From: Daphnia carinata
Lineage: Eukaryota
NCBI RefSeq assembly: GCF_022539665.2
Contig: NC_081334.1
Location: 558,001-622,000, forward strand
DNA: 64,000 nt
Direction of reading: 5' to 3'
A program made the translations under genes and the position numbers. How positions within the stretch are numbered: position 1 is the stretch's first letter; every line of letters begins with the position of its first letter. This document shows, piece by piece, positions 36,618-52,000 of the stretch. The notes under the pieces are model-generated. The model ran no database searches and was not told the origin of the DNA. It was given only the letters and a program-made list of their open reading frames with translations.

Positions 36618-39600
36618 GAAACAGTGGCCATTGTTTTTTTTTTGGAAAAAGTATAAAACACGATTCTTCTTCTCTAAGGGGTTTTTACTTATTAACTATA
36701 GGCAAGTTTGGGCTCTTTTCTTTTGATTTATTGAACTAAAAAGCATTCCGGCCCCCGGAAATTTGTACAGTTTGTCTTTCCGCCCCTTTTTTTTTTTTTT
36801 TTGATGCATGACGCAAATTCTAAATGTGCCACAATAACAACAAAAAAGTCATGTCGTTAAATGGGGTGGAAGTTGAGCCGAGTGACGGGATGCAATTTTC
36901 ATTTCTTCCTTCAACCTCTTCTTTTGTTCGTTTGATTTCTTATTGGACTTCCCAAGTCTTTAGTAAGACTACATCTTTTGCATCTAAAATTAGAAACAAT
37001 GGCTTAGCAGTCATCCTCCGTTAAAAGGCGAAGGGGAACGAATAAGAAAAGATTTTTTTTAAAATCACAGACGGGAACTGAGTGACATAGAAATTCATTG
37101 TAGCGGAACTGGAGTTACGGGAGTTGTCACGTCATTTTCGTCTACTAATAATCGGCCGTCATTCTTTTTTTTTTTTATTATTATTATTTTTGCTACGTTT
37201 TTTTTTATTATTATTATTCGCTTCGGTATACATGTAACGAGGTGGCTTTTTTTTTTCTTTCTAATTGCTAAACCTTTCTAACCGGGAAACGGGAAACAAA
37301 TTGATGATGCAGTTCTGGGACTTGGTTGCAATATTTTCGTGCCACGCAGCAGCGGCGTTGGCTCTGTCGTACGACGTGTATTAAAATATGTGACTTGTAC
37401 TAATGTTCTCATTAAGTTTTGTTATTGCCAGGTATAAAGAGAGGGACCAACTGTAGGCAACTCTCTTTCCCTATGCTTCGACATACATTCCAAACGCACA
37501 CGAAAAAATTGGCTAAATGTTGATGATGATAATCGCGTTTCTATAAAAATGGAAACTCTTCCATGTATAACAAAGAACCTATTCGTTTTAATTCGAAATT
37601 TAATGAACTAATTATTTTTTTTTTTGATCTTTTACGCCACTCACACTGCGTGCTGGAGATTTCTCTATATCTTTTTTATATACATATTGGCCGTGATTTG
37701 AATTACCTGTTGTAACCCCTCTACTTGAGAAACAGAGAAACGAAGAAAAAAAAAACATTATTAATAATAATTCTATGTTTTTATTTTTGGGATCCTCAAA
37801 GTGAAAACAAAAGACGGGAAAAAAAAATGAGTTTCCTGCTATAGTGTTTCACGACTTGTGTGCCTCCGTCTTCTTCCAACAAATCGGGTTAAGCAAACTT
37901 GATTGTCTGAAGCATTTTGTTGACGGGATTACGGACGCGCATTTACCGTGCGGAGTTTTGAAAATATACGCAGGGCAGGAAATGCTTTGACCTACATGTC
38001 AAGTTCTCCAAATTTGATGTCAATTACTCTCCACCCAGAAGAAATAAAGGGAATGAGGCTATAATAATTGTCAAAGAATCCCAGACGTGGATGGCCTTAT
38101 TGTCAGTGCAGATTATTTTGGCCGGCATTGTCGGTTTTGCTGTAAATTGAGGACGAGCTCCACGTGTTCTTTTTGCAATTGTGCCGAGACATTTCTGCAC
38201 CACCGGTGTAGCTAAAAATACAACAACAATACGATGTCCACCGAGATACGAGAGCTAATAAATAACAATAGCCACAGCATCTATTACAAATTTATTTGAT
38301 TTAACATTCCATTGAGGATTGAATAGAGTCTGCGGTGGAAGCCTGCACCGTGATCTCGTTATCTTCTCACTTCGGTCGATGCGTGTAACTTGCGAAGAAG
38401 CCCGGATTTAGGTCACAGCAGGAGGTATCGAAGACGTCCAACGGATTTCACAGGTATTTTATGTGTTCTTCTTCCAAAAAAAAAAAAAAAAAAATGAAAT
38501 CGACGATAGAAATAGTCAAAAGTCATTTGCGTCAATTATTGCACAGTAAATTGAGCTCAGTTAGAGAAAATTCACAAATAACTGCTGTACCACATATGAA
38601 AAAAGGCATGCGTGCACCAAATCGAGCCGAATGGTGGCACCTTTAATTGAATAGAATCTCTTTTCCTCTTTAAAAACGATGATCATTTCCTTTTGACTAC
38701 GTACTAAACTAATATCAAAATGGTGTGTCTTTCTTACTCCCTTCAGCAGATGTTTGGGACCAATGCAACGCGATGCCGCGTGTATATAGAAGTGAGTCAT
38801 CCGTTGTACCTGCTGGTATCTCAAGAACAAAAATGAAATGACTCGTTTTTATTAAAGAAAATGTCTTCGTCGTGGATAATGCAACAATTTCTTGGCTCGT
38901 ATAACGTTACAGGAACCCCACGTTTTGTTTCGCTCGAGAAGGACATCTTTCACCTGGGAAACCGTCAACATAATTTACACACCACGCAGACAAGGATGGA
39001 GTTTCACGCTCCAGCGACGACAAAGCACTCACAAATTTCGACACATCCTGTGGAAGGGAAATAATGAAATTCTTTTAAAACGTGAAGGTAAAAGAAAAAA
39101 AAAATACTGATTAGGTATAGTTTTGCTTCAGCTTCTTTCTTTATGCGCAGAGAAAAGCCAAGAAAATTGAAAGAAATCAAGGCCGAAACCTTCCATCCGT
39201 TAGCCAGCCACTGATTGAATTAAGATGAGTGTGTATTACGCATTCAAACTGTATTACACTTCTACCTGGCTGGCTCTTGCCTACACTAGCGTGACCAGAA
39301 CGTTTCTTCTAAATCGCATTTTTTTTTGTTTTCGTTGCTCGATTGCGTCGTGATCCGGATGCCATTGGACGTGGGGAAATTGAAGTTAGTGAAAATCGGG
39401 TCCAAAATTTTCCTTATTTGGGTTCTCTCTTTTTTTTTTTTTTAATCCAGCAAGGCAAAGTCACGTCATAGCTAGCAAACCGAAGTGCGTTATAAAAAGA
39501 GAGAATAAGAAAACACGCATATCTAATTGGATCATCCCGTACGTCGTACCCTTCGCAGTCCACCCTATTACCACCACCGGATTCTTGTAGTTTCTTTTTT

Positions 39601-42600
39601 TTTTTTTTTTTTAGATTCCGAGAGACTCTAAAGACAAGAATTTCTCACGATGCTACGATTCAGAAGCCCGATGCGAACGTAAGACGATACCTGACCGCAG
39701 AAAAATAAGGCAACGGATGGAAGCGGGAATATTTAATATGTATATAGGGGAAGAGTCGATGACATTTTCATGGGTATCACATCGCACTGGAGCGCGGGAA
39801 CAGAGAACCGTTTGCTCTTGTTTGAATTTCGTTGTTGTTGTGTTTCAAAACAGAAAGGAAAAACCTTTTTTTTTTTTTTTTCTATTTTCAGAGGGAACAA
39901 AAGGGAGGAAATTTCGGGCTTGATGAGATGAGCGTGTTAGAATGACAACCGCAAACACACGCTCTTGCGCCGTGTAAATAACAATCAAGTGATGCGCGAT
40001 CATCATTCGTGAAAGAAAAAAAAAAAAAAAAAAGGGAAGAACTCGATTCAGCTGGGCGATTGATGAGAATAAAAAAGAATGGTTTACGTTTGTTATAATT
40101 TCTCAACCAACAAGCCGATTAGGTGGAACCTCATTTCCCCAAACACGAAATGTAACTGCGAACCGGTGCTGATTGTGATATCGTTCAATCTCCTTTCTCC
40201 GATGTGCGGCGATAATTCAAAAGAAAAATCATTTCAAGTTCGTTTTTTTTTTTTTTTAATGATTTTTATCATTGTTCACCCTTTCCCCTGACGACCTTTT
40301 GGATTTCTTATTTGGAGGCGTGACTCACGCCTCATCGTGAATCAAGCGGTTTTCTTTTTTCGGCATCGTAACTCTTTACTTGTCTATACGTTCTAGAAAA
40401 CGAATTGTTTTTTCCAGTCGGTCGTGACCTATCGGTTGTTGCACGTTTTGTTGCTCCCGTGATGATGATCGGTCCTGGCGCTTATTTGAAACGAAAAAAA
40501 AAAATTTTATAAGATGGTATCACGTGAGCCGGTTATGATTTCAATTTCTAAAAATAAAGAAAGGCTGGGATAAAAAGCAAAACAAATGCCGATGGTGAAG
40601 CTCAGCGGATCACGGCTGGTTCTGGAATTGAAACACCACCACCGGTATTTTTTTTTTTTTTCGAAAAAACAAAACAAATAAAAATGAAGTAGAAAAACCC
40701 TCAACGGTGAATGTAATCCGGCAAGGAGAGACATCACCGCGTCCGGTCTGTTTTCAAAACTGGTTAAACACATTGTGCATATCACCAACCGTGAAATGCT
40801 AACTCGGACGCGCTTATCGGTTAAAACGGACTCGTCTGGTAGTCGATTTCCGCAATTTTTAATTTTTTTTTCTCATTTTCAAAGATTCCAAAGTTCACAT
40901 TTTTCTGCTCCCCCCCCTTGCCTTCGTGTCAACAGATTAAAATGGATGAAAAGCGGCGTTTGTCACGGCTGTTGGAGCTGTCCGGTTCCTATTGCAGCGG
41001 CAGGTTTTTCTGCTTAACTGATAACAACCGTTAGATTTCACTTTAAATGGTGTCATGTTGAATACAGCCGTTCTTATAGACGCAAAACGCTATTATTGTT
41101 ACGCTACAAAAAAAAAAAAAAGAAAAAAATTATAATCATTTCCCCCTTTTATTCGTGCTTAACAGCGCGTCGTAACTGTACGATCGCTGTTTTGTTATTC
41201 AAATGATATTCATTTTCCCCGGCTTATGTGTCCATCTAAATCTGTCGAGAGGATGCAGCGTGCTACTTATTCCCCCACACCCATTGTGATATCCGCACCG
41301 GATGATTGGCATAGCGGGAGCTTGTCATGTTCTGTCTTTTGTCTGTACGTGTATGAATAATGTCAATATTTTTCACCACCGTTGGCATTGCAACGGAAAA
41401 AAAAAATCATCGTGTCCCGATTTCTTCCACCGCGTGCTTGTCATTGACTCTTCCTTCTTTGATTGATTAATATAATCCGAATCAATGTGATACTTTTTTT
41501 TTCCCATTTGATTGAAAGTCTTGTTCGCGATTGTTGCTGATTTTCGGATAGTGTTTTATGGTGAATGGGTAAAAAAAAACAAGAACTTTTTTTTTTTTTT
41601 GCGTCGTGTAGCCCCGGGAAGTAGCCCCCGCAGCGGCTGAAGCACCAAACGTTCGGGACATGCAGATGAATAAAGAGAAAAGTGAGGGAACTGAAGAAAG
41701 AGAAAGATAAAAAAAAAAGGAAATAAGTAAGAATGAGAGTAGAAAGGGAGAGAAAAATAAAAAAGAGACTTAAAAAAAAAAAAAAAAGCTACAGGGTGGG
41801 GAGGAGGAGCAGGTGGATGAACTCCCTCCCTTTCTCGTATTCTACCTGCGCTGCTTCGCACCTGGCGCTAAGGGAAGGGATAGAAAAAAGAGATGGTGGT
41901 GCCCTCTTGATTTTTCTTTCCACTGAAAATCGTAATAGACCGAAAGGGGAGGAAAGAATGCGCTTTACTACTCGCAACTGAGAGAAAAAATACAAGTTCT
42001 CCCGGTTGTTGTCTTGAATTCTCTCCCTTTTGGCTTATTCCCATCGCGCGACGGTTATTTCAACCGTGGAATCAAACAGAAAACAGCAGAAGGGGCCCGC
42101 CGCTTGGTTCTTTCCCTCTGTGTGTGTGTGTGTGAGTGTGTGTGTCGTGCACACACACGTAAGAGAACGAAACGATGACGACGTCGTTATTCGGCTACGC
42201 ATTCCGGTCGCCCGTTTGTCATTCGAGCGGGTAGAAACACGGCGTTCGGGAGTGTGTCTCGTCTTCTCTCCGTTCACAATTTTTTGTTGAAAAGAAGAGG
42301 GCCAATCGTGACTCTATTCGTGCGAGCAAAAGAAAAACTATTGTTGTTTGGCTTCGCGTGCGTACATTTTGTGTGCTGATTGACATTAACAACAGCTCGG
42401 TGCTTGAGGAGTCGGATGTCACCTCAAAGTTCAACACGAGAACAAAATAGCTAAACTGTGGGATGTATGCAAATCGGTGAAAAAGGAGACGGCACAAGAG
42501 ATAGAAGTAGAGAAACGTCATTTTCTTTTCTTTTTGTAAACTATCGATTTTTTCTTGCAACTCTTTTTTTTTTTTTGTGTGTGTCTTTGTGTGTCGGTGT

Positions 42601-43017
42601 GTGAGCAGGTTATGAATCGACCGGATGTTTGGTTGAAGGGGGTGAAATAGGTAAAGAGAACTCTGGGAGGGCCGTGAGCCTCCAGCTTTTTTCTTTTGTT
42701 AGTTGGAAAGAAATTCGTAATACCTGAGAAATTTCTCCAGTAGTGATCCAACCGGCCACCTAGACGGACGCAACAAACTACACACCCAGACCGGATGTCA
42801 GGGATAACAAAAGTGCCAGCGATGCTGTTGCAGCAACAACAGCTAAGTGGTCATCATTGTCTGTTATAGCGGGTGATGTTTTGGTGAAAAACAATTCCGA
42901 TCGACATCGATGGAGACATTCAAAACAGGAAACGTTTTCAAAAAGGAACACAGAACAATAAGTTGAAACTTTAAAAAAAAAAATTTGCGTATCAAAAGTG
43001 TTGCATAGACCAGCGTC

Positions 43018-46000
43018 ATGTGGAATAATTCGGTGCTGATGGATGGGGTCAAGTGGTCGTTTGACCGGTCGTCTCCCCCGTTGACGGATGGCACTCATCC
43101 AGATTTCAGCCTAGAAGAAACCCAATTCCGTAGTTGGCATTTCGAAGCACACCAACAAACCAATTACTCCGACTGGACAAACAGGCTTCACCCCGGCGAA
43201 GAGGACGAGGATGCCGAAGACTTGTTCGTCCGTCACGATCCGGCCGATTGCAGCCGAAGAAATTACCCGTCAGCCGCCGAACTGTTTCGCAATTTCGTCG
43301 GTGAGTTATTGCTATTGCCAAACGTTTTTCTCCCCTTCTGCCTTATTTTATTTCGAAACAAAAAAACATGTGCCGTTGTATTTCCGCACTGACATTTTAA
43401 TTGCCTGTCTCCACTACCGACTACTTCTTCGTGTTGTTACCCCGACGTTTTTACAAATGATTAGCCCCCGCTGGTTACCAGTGCGCTAAAACTTGACGCA
43501 AACCAGCCGGAACACGGATACGCTTACATACTAGTTGTGTGTACGTGTATTTCGTGCAAAAATATACTTACGATCAGGTTATATATTTTACACACAGTCG
43601 CCAGTACGGTACTGTGGACCCAAAGGAATTTTTGGAATTCTTTTGTTATTGTCGGTTTTTTTTTTTTTGGTGGGTGTTCTTTCTTTCTTCTTCTGTTATT
43701 GGAGGCTTTTCTTCTGTGTTACGTATAGCGAGGTTCAATTAGACGCTCCGCGGTGGGCCACGGATAGCTGTCACACACTTGCCCGTTATGTCGCCTGTTG
43801 CTTCTGCCTTTATTTCACGTACATGGCCAACAGAAATGAAAACCTACGCTTCGTTGGCGTTAGCAACGAATTTATTATTCCCTCCTCCCCCCCCCTACCT
43901 GCATGCGCGTGTGGGAAAAAAAAATGTTTGACTCTTGTCGGTGGATGTTTCGTGTTGCTTTTTTTTTATAATCTCTATTTTTGTTCTGCGTCGTTCTACC
44001 TGGAAGGAATGCGATCGCCCGCAAATTGAGTCGTATAACAATTTCGTCAAGTTCAAATTCCCGCTAGATATGCTACACCTAGGCAATCATCGTGCGGTCA
44101 AATCAGATTGCTTTTCGCGTCTAAACTTGTGCACAGTCTTTCATTACGTTATTTGAGAAAAAAAAAAAAAAAAAAAATAAAAATCATGACGGGCATTGCA
44201 ATCATTCCCGAATGAATAGGAAGTAGATTTCGAGGTGATGCATCATGGTGGCCCGCATAGTCACCGCATATTTTTAGTGCACTTGTTTCTTCTTAGTTTT
44301 GACGGCACGTTGTCGATGCCTTGAGGTCCAGGAATTTGATTTCCAATCCCTTTTTTTTTTTTTCCTTCATTTTCATATAGGTCGCGTCAAGCCACATATC
44401 CGGATTTTGTGCTTGTGTCAGTGTGTTACACAAGTTTGATCTACATTTTGATGGAACACTAGAAAATTGACACTCTTTTATTGAAGCGTGAATTTTTTTT
44501 TTCAAAGAGTAAAAAAAAGGTATGAACGTGAGTAAGTGGGAGGGGTTAGTTTTTCGTGATTGTATCATTTAATAATAATTTCAAAAAAGTTCGTTTTTTT
44601 TTTTAGGCCGGAACCTCTGTGAAAAGTATAGTGAAGTGGTAGAACAATAACGCCCTAGGTAACGCGTTACGTTTTGTTGATTTCGATCGTCGTTTCCAAG
44701 ATGCGGTGATGGGTGACGAAAAAGTTAAAGAGTAGAGGGAACGACTGATAGAGAAGAGCGAAGGGGGAGGATATAGAGAGAAGAATAAAGAGTCATTTCT
44801 GGCCTCGTGACCCGTGACGTCACGCACAGACAAGTTTCCAGGGTTTGAAGGGAGCGGCTTGGAAACATCGTTCTTTTGTTTTCTGGACGATAAAATCATG
44901 AAAAACTAAAAAAAACAAAAAACGAAACCAACGAATAAGAATGTTATTTTTCTTTTGAAAGAGCAGGAGGGGATATATAGAAAAGTTTCTGCTCAGTTTA
45001 GCGTCACGCGGACGCGCCTTCATGGCCGGAAGCCCCAATACCGGAATCCGGATCGACAAAAAAAAAAAAAAGAAACAAGGTGTACACAAGCCTTTGCGCC
45101 GATACGTTGGGCTGACGTCACACGTCAGTTACCTCCAACACACTCGCCAAAAGGACTAATAGGATTTTCCTTGAGCAAGAGTCACACAAAACAAAAAATG
45201 AAATTGCCAATTATAAGCGCCAGACGGTGAAAGAAATTATTGTTTTTTTTTTCTATATTTCTGCGACGTCCGTACAAAAACCAAATTGCCTAACGATACA
45301 CGTGTAAAAGTAATAACGTTACCCCAACAGCTTTTCTCGGCTGTGTGTAGAAGAAGACGAACTGCATTGTGTGCGATGGCAGATTCGTCAGTGATTTATG
45401 GTGCAGTCCATACTAGGAAGTCATTTTCCTTTTCTTTCGAAACTTATTGTTCGTTGAAGAAAGAATCATACTTTGTGTTTCGGAGAGTTTTTTTTTTTTC
45501 TGCTGTATTTTTGGTTTAGAATTGAAGAGTAAAGACGGTAACAGCTGAGCATCAAAAGCCCTGTGTGGCAGAAATTCTTTTCATCGCCCGAAACGCGAAG
45601 CAGGAAGGTATTTTCGTCGTTTCCCTTCATCAGTTATTTTTTTTCTTTTTTTTTTTCCTCAAAGTTTTGGGGCATTTCCCCTCCATTATTACCAAGTGGA
45701 TGGAAAACTCACAAACAATCTTGGGAATCTTTTTTTAAAAATATTTTACATGAAGCATAGCTGTCTGGTGGGCGAAAATAAACATGTAAAGAAACGGTTG
45801 ACTTCCTGATTCCCTGACATCATCAGTCTCCGGTTACATTTCCTTTGTTTTGTTCTGAAAAAATATAGGCTGGTATACATATATACATGTTAAAGTAGCA
45901 GAATAGTTATTTCTACCTGGGGGACATGGGAACAAAAATGGCTGGCATTTGAGAAAGGTTTCTTGGATGAAATGTCGCAGTTGCGGCGATTTGCCTTTTC

Positions 46001-49000
46001 AAACATTCCGTTCATGCATCCGGAAAACGGTGACAGAGTTATGCAAGGATAACAAAAAAATGGAACATCTAGAGATTTCCTTATCTGAAAGTCTAACAGT
46101 TTTCACTCATTGTCAACCAGTCGATGTGATAACTGCCATTTTGATTTTTGGCCAGACAGGTTAAAGTAATATTTTGGCTGATAAAACAGCCAAGACGAAC
46201 AATCCTGAATTGAGATAAATTGTGTTTGCGTAGAGTGATGTCTGTTGTTTACTTAGTCCTCAATTCATTTCCAAATCAAGCATTGGAAACACTGACAAAA
46301 CGTCCTGCCAAACCATGCTGCCATGTGCCAACCGAGCTTAGTCGTGGGCGGAGCAATGCACATTTCGAGGTTTGGCAACTAAACAGTTATTTTATCAACC
46401 GAAAAAAAAGCTATTAGCGAATAAATTGGGATTGTTGTATTTATTTTTTTAAAAATTCGTAATGAATTCAATTGTTTTGCATACAGACTTTTGGCGCCAG
46501 TTAATTATTCATTTATTCAGTCAAATCTTGCAACGGGGGGCGGGAGCTAAGTGATATTTCAGAGTTATTCGAGGAAAACATGTGGCGCGCGGTTACCATG
46601 CTGTTATTATTGTTGTTTGTTGCCAACCGTGTGAGGCCTGTGGGGTCAAGTTTGATTACTATCCACTTTACCAGTCATTAGCCGTGTGCGTTTTTTCCCA
46701 AGTGGACCACGTCGTGACGATGTGCGTCGTGAACGATCGGCTTCGACGTCCTCTAAAGAAACCATTTCTCGCATTAAACGATCTTAGTATATTGGAAAAC
46801 TTCACGAAGTGGGCAGTCGTCAGACCGGATCCAATTGTTTTGAAAGCTTCCATCGATTCTTCATCGAATAAAGACAAAACCTAACATATAGTCCAGAAAC
46901 TACTTTATGTGTTTTTGCTAGGTAATTCCTTGACCAGACATAGCCACTATTTATTACGGTACTAAACTATTTTTGTTCTTGTGGCCATTTTTCTCGTAAT
47001 TGTCAGCAAACTTTTTGCAGTCCAACAAATTGGTTCACTCCTTTTTGTTCTGTGAATGGGTATCCTGGGCAGAAAGGGAGTCTAATAGATTGCCAACCTT
47101 GACTTTGTCGAGGAATGATGAGAAAAAATTCACACAAATGGAATAATATATTTATGAAAATTGGGCAGTAAGAAAACCATTGTTTGCATTCATCTTCTCT
47201 TCCATTTTGATGAGTCATTTTCTTTTACAGCTTCTCCTCTATCCATCTGCTGATTTTCAAGCCACAGCACTAAGGGCATGTAGTTTATGTTAACGACATC
47301 AAACCCCCTCCTCCCATTTGAAATAGATAAAAAAACACAGATAAATTACGGTCAATCGTATGCTGTCCACGTTTTCGACAGAGGACCGAGGTTCTGCACG
47401 CAACGGCAGAAAACTTTGTTAAAGACAAGTATTTTTACTTAAAACGTTCAGATTCCGAAACAAAAGTGACCGAAATTCTGCATTTTCTTTTTTCCCAACT
47501 CACGAAGTAACCTGTTGCCAACTAACGAAACCCAGTTTTTCCTGTTTTATTCCTGTTATATTGACAAGATATCTGCCATCGGCGTTTTCCAAAATTCCAC
47601 CTAAATGTCACGCACTGGTTGTTGATTTTGGGAAACGTTGATTGTGCTGGTACGTTGAACTTTTATTTCTTATTTTTTTTTTTTGGTTTCCATTCCCGCC
47701 CTTTTTTCTTTTCTTTATCAAAACCCATTTAATTTTACTTGATTTTTTCTTTCTTGGGTACGGTATAAATATACTATTGTGGCTTTCGATTGTTCCAAAT
47801 CGAACGGACGACTTGACATTGCTAGCAGGAAGGTATTTAGAAATCCAGTTGGTGGGTCTACCCCCGGAAGTTAATTCGTCGCGGGACTCCCGCTGTTTAA
47901 AAAACGATGGTCAAGCCCTAAGGCTCAGTAATCACGCCGCCGTGATTCTTTTGTCTGGGAACCCGCAATTTATGATCATTATAAATATACTGTATATATT
48001 TTTTTTTCTTTGCTGTAAACTCCTAAAACTTCCACTTTGTCTATGTCACACCTTAGTTGGGTCGTTCGTGAGAGTCGATGACGTTGTCGGAATTCAAGGA
48101 TTTATGGCATAATAAGATAACGGAAGTCATGAAGATGTACATTTTTAGCAAATCTTTATGTCTTTACGTTTTTTTGTTTTTTGTTTTTCCATGTTTTAGG
48201 TGATGAAGGTGCGGACCGTATGGAGTTCTACATCAACCACCTGACGATGGAAGGCTGCGATGCCAACAATATATCCGCGGCTTTAATGGCCGACGCCGAA
48301 ACGACCGCCGTGGAAGAATCCGCCCCCGATGTTGCCTATCGACCGCCATTTCCTCTGCTGGACACGATCGTCGAAGAGACGCTGGAAGAATTGCTATTGG
48401 ACATGTCCGATTCGTCACCGTCGCCGCCGTTAGCCGCCGATGAAAGCTCCGAGAGTCCCAGTTCCAATTCGGGCCGGTGGGGCTGGGGCTGGGGTTGGCT
48501 CAACACCAGCGACGATGATTCATCCAGCGTGATACACGTTCCGGTTGGCGATGCAGGATCCTCAGCCGCAATCACATCTGGATCGCTTGTACGCCATTCC
48601 GAGCTGACTGATGTCAATTCAGGTAAGTCTAATTATACACTTGATGGTTAGACGTCAAAGCAACGCCCATATGGCGTTGTTCTTTTTTCGGGTTTGTTTA
48701 ACTAACGGGCTTGTTTTCGTTTGTTTTTTTTTGTTTTTTTCCTCGGCAGGAATTTATCGGGCAGACGGGCTTGACGATGATTTTGATTTGGGTAATGACG
48801 ATGACGATTTCGAGGAAAACGACGGCGAAGGCAGCGAGCGTGATCAAGAGGTACCCAAAAAGAAGCGTCGCATCAGCTGCGCAATGGACGAAGACGACAG
48901 AGAATCAGCCCCGTCACGTAGCCCCTCCGTGACCGATAGCTTAATTCAATTTGAGGCGCTCGAGAAAGAACTGGACAGTACGGAGGAGTCGTTTGCCGAA

Positions 49001-52000
49001 GAATCGACGGCCGTCGTTTTCCGTACAAGCGCCACGACGTTGCCTTTCGAAGACGCCGATGACGGCATCATGTCTCCTGAACTGGACCCGGAAGTTTTCC
49101 TCGATTGCCACGAGCATTTAGAAAGTCCTGCGAGCGCTACGCAAAACGGGAGGACTCGGCAGGTTGCGACACCTAGCGCCAATTTCTTCAACTTTTTGGA
49201 TGATTTCCAAGATCCGTCCATCAGCCAGGAATTTTACACCACGTGCGGCTGGTTCTCTCCGCCAGCGCGTTCCTGGTCTTCGATGCCGTCGTTGCATTGG
49301 AATGCAGAAGAAAAAACGGAGATGAGGAGCAGCAGGAGTGCGTGCGACGTTTCAAAGTGCGATAGCGTCACGGGAATAGGCGCTTCCGGCTGTGTTGAAC
49401 AGACGTACGAAGGGCGAAGAGCGGCTCTCAGACCCACACATCCGTGGGGTATCACCTTTGATCCATCGCAAGAGATTGATGAAGAAGGGGCGGTGGAAGA
49501 CGAGGACGACGATCAGGTTAATGATAATGATGATGATCATTGGGAGCCGGATGGATTCCTCAACTCCGACATTGAGGAATACGACACGGGAAGTAATTCC
49601 GACGATGACGAGTACAGCACGGAACGCTGCGACCGTTTCGACGAATTCGGACTGGGATTCATCTCGGGCAGGTCCCAGAGAATGCGTTCCTTCCGCAGTT
49701 ACGGCGACAGTCTCAACCTGCTGGACACGGCCGACGACCCGGTGACTCATTCGACGAGCAGCAGCAGCAGCAGCAGCAGCAGTTCCAGTTGCAGTCCGGA
49801 TCGATCCAGTCCGGAGGAAGACCTTCGTCATCCGTCGTCTTCTCGATCAAGACATTCGGTGGAGGCGCTGAGCGAGGACAGCGGTTACGGTGACGCTTCC
49901 GGATCTCTCCCCCTGATGCAACAGCAGCAAAGCAAGCCTGACAATAACAAACGTGCAATCGCGAGCATCGAGGAAGTACGGATGGCCGACGCGTCAACAC
50001 CCCCCGCCAAGTGCTTGCACGCGCTCGAATTACCCAACAGCCTTAGCCTAACCATCTGCCTTCCAGATGGATCACCCCCTAGTTGCAGCCACGACGATTG
50101 TCAATGGCCTCCGGAAGTAGAAAGAGCAACAAGGGAGAAAGAGGACGACGCATACGGCGAAGGTTGGGACGAAGAAGAAGAAGAGAAAGCGGATGAATGG
50201 CGCGGGCAGAGCGAGGTGAAGGATAAGACAACGATGGCACTTTCGGCGTTGCTGTTGCGCCGCCAGCCGCGCTGCCGACCTACTCCGCTCACGTTGAAAG
50301 AAGCGGAAGAGTTTCTAATTGACGACGGGTCACCGGAAGTCGTAAATGATGGCGAATCCAGGTGTGGCGTGTCAGGGATTTGCATAGACCTTGAATCGAA
50401 GATGAGCCACACCTCTAACGGCAACGTCGCCGCCACCGCCGCCGCCACCACCACCAATGACGACATCCTGCATCGCCCTGGAACCGATTTAGAAGCGTCT
50501 AAATTTAACCCCCAAATTGGAAGCAGCGGATGGGAGGTTCCAGACGGAATGGGGGAGGCAGTAAAGGCTGCAGCGCATCACCAGCATTCACAGGCAGCGG
50601 ACGAGGAGGAGGAGAAGGAGCAACAGCAACACAGCCTCCACTCGGCTGACGGATCGGATTTCATACGGCCGCCAGACGCCTCTAAACACCAAAACTGTTC
50701 AGACCTTGGCCACAATGTGACGTGCCCACAATCGATCCCCTCCGCCATGGATTCGGCATTTTATCCAGCTCCAGTTGTCTTGAAACGATACGGACCTCGT
50801 CAGGAAGTCGAAGTGTACATCAGTCAGCAACAGTTACCCGTCGGAGCGGAAGCCGCAGATCCTGCAGTGTCCACACCGACGGCCAACGTCTCGTCCACGT
50901 CCATTCGCGGAGTCCACTTCTCGCCCGTCGTTTCGGCCGTCAATTGGCGAGAGAGTTACCTGAACCAGAGTGAAGATGATTGCGACGATAACACCTCTAA
51001 CGGTTCTAGCGCGGCCGAGGCTAACCGAATTCCGGAGGACGAAGAGAAGGAGAACAATTGCGATGCGCCGGAATCGGCTGTGAAAGTTGGACAGAGCGAA
51101 CAATCGCCATCTATGGTCGAAAAAGTGAAACTAGTGCCTGACTCGCCAATAGATGGCGTTGCGGCTGTCGAGCCGATCGCATGCGGAATACAAGATTCCG
51201 GCCGGAACGGTAGCAGCAACAGTTGCACGACGACAAGCAATAGTGCCACAACTGCTACCACTCCTACTACTACCACCAGTCATACTGGGACGACAACAAC
51301 AACAACATCGTCGAATAGTAAGAAGCCTCCCCTATTCCAACGTTTCTCCTTGTCGCGGCTGAGTGCGCGCATGTCGGCCACGTTCAGCCGTTCCGAATCG
51401 AAACGGGAATCGGGCAAGAAAGCAATCGTATCAGATGGTGCGATTCCCACCGAATCGAAGGATGCGCCGACAGAAACAACAGCGCCCGTCGCCAAGGGCA
51501 ATGGCAAGAAGAACAAGAACAAACAACAAACGGACGCCAGTGCCGAAGTCAAGCCAACTTCCAAGAAAATTGATGACTTCAAAGTTGTCAAAGAGCCAAA
51601 GAAGAGATTCTTCAGTCGACCGTTCCAGCGCTCTTCGTCCACTCCGCCGATGAGCTCATCGGGCACACCGGAAACCGGCGTTCAAACGCGCGCCACCTTG
51701 ACGCCGGTGAGCCCATCAGCGGCGGTGGCCTCCGGCAAAGAGAGCAGCAGCAGCGATGCCACTTTGGCATCCAACGTTTCGTGTCGTCCGACTGAAAAAT
51801 CGCAATCGCATCAGGAGTCGGTTGCTAAGCAACCGATCACAACATCATCCAACGACGAGAATACACCCCCCAAAAGCGAATCGATAGGTGCCGCCATTGA
51901 GGCTAGTCGTACGTCAGTCGTCACCTCGATTAGTCCTTCGGCCTGTGCTGGAAGTGGGCCGCCAATTCCTTCGCCACGCAATAAAGTTCACGCCAAACCG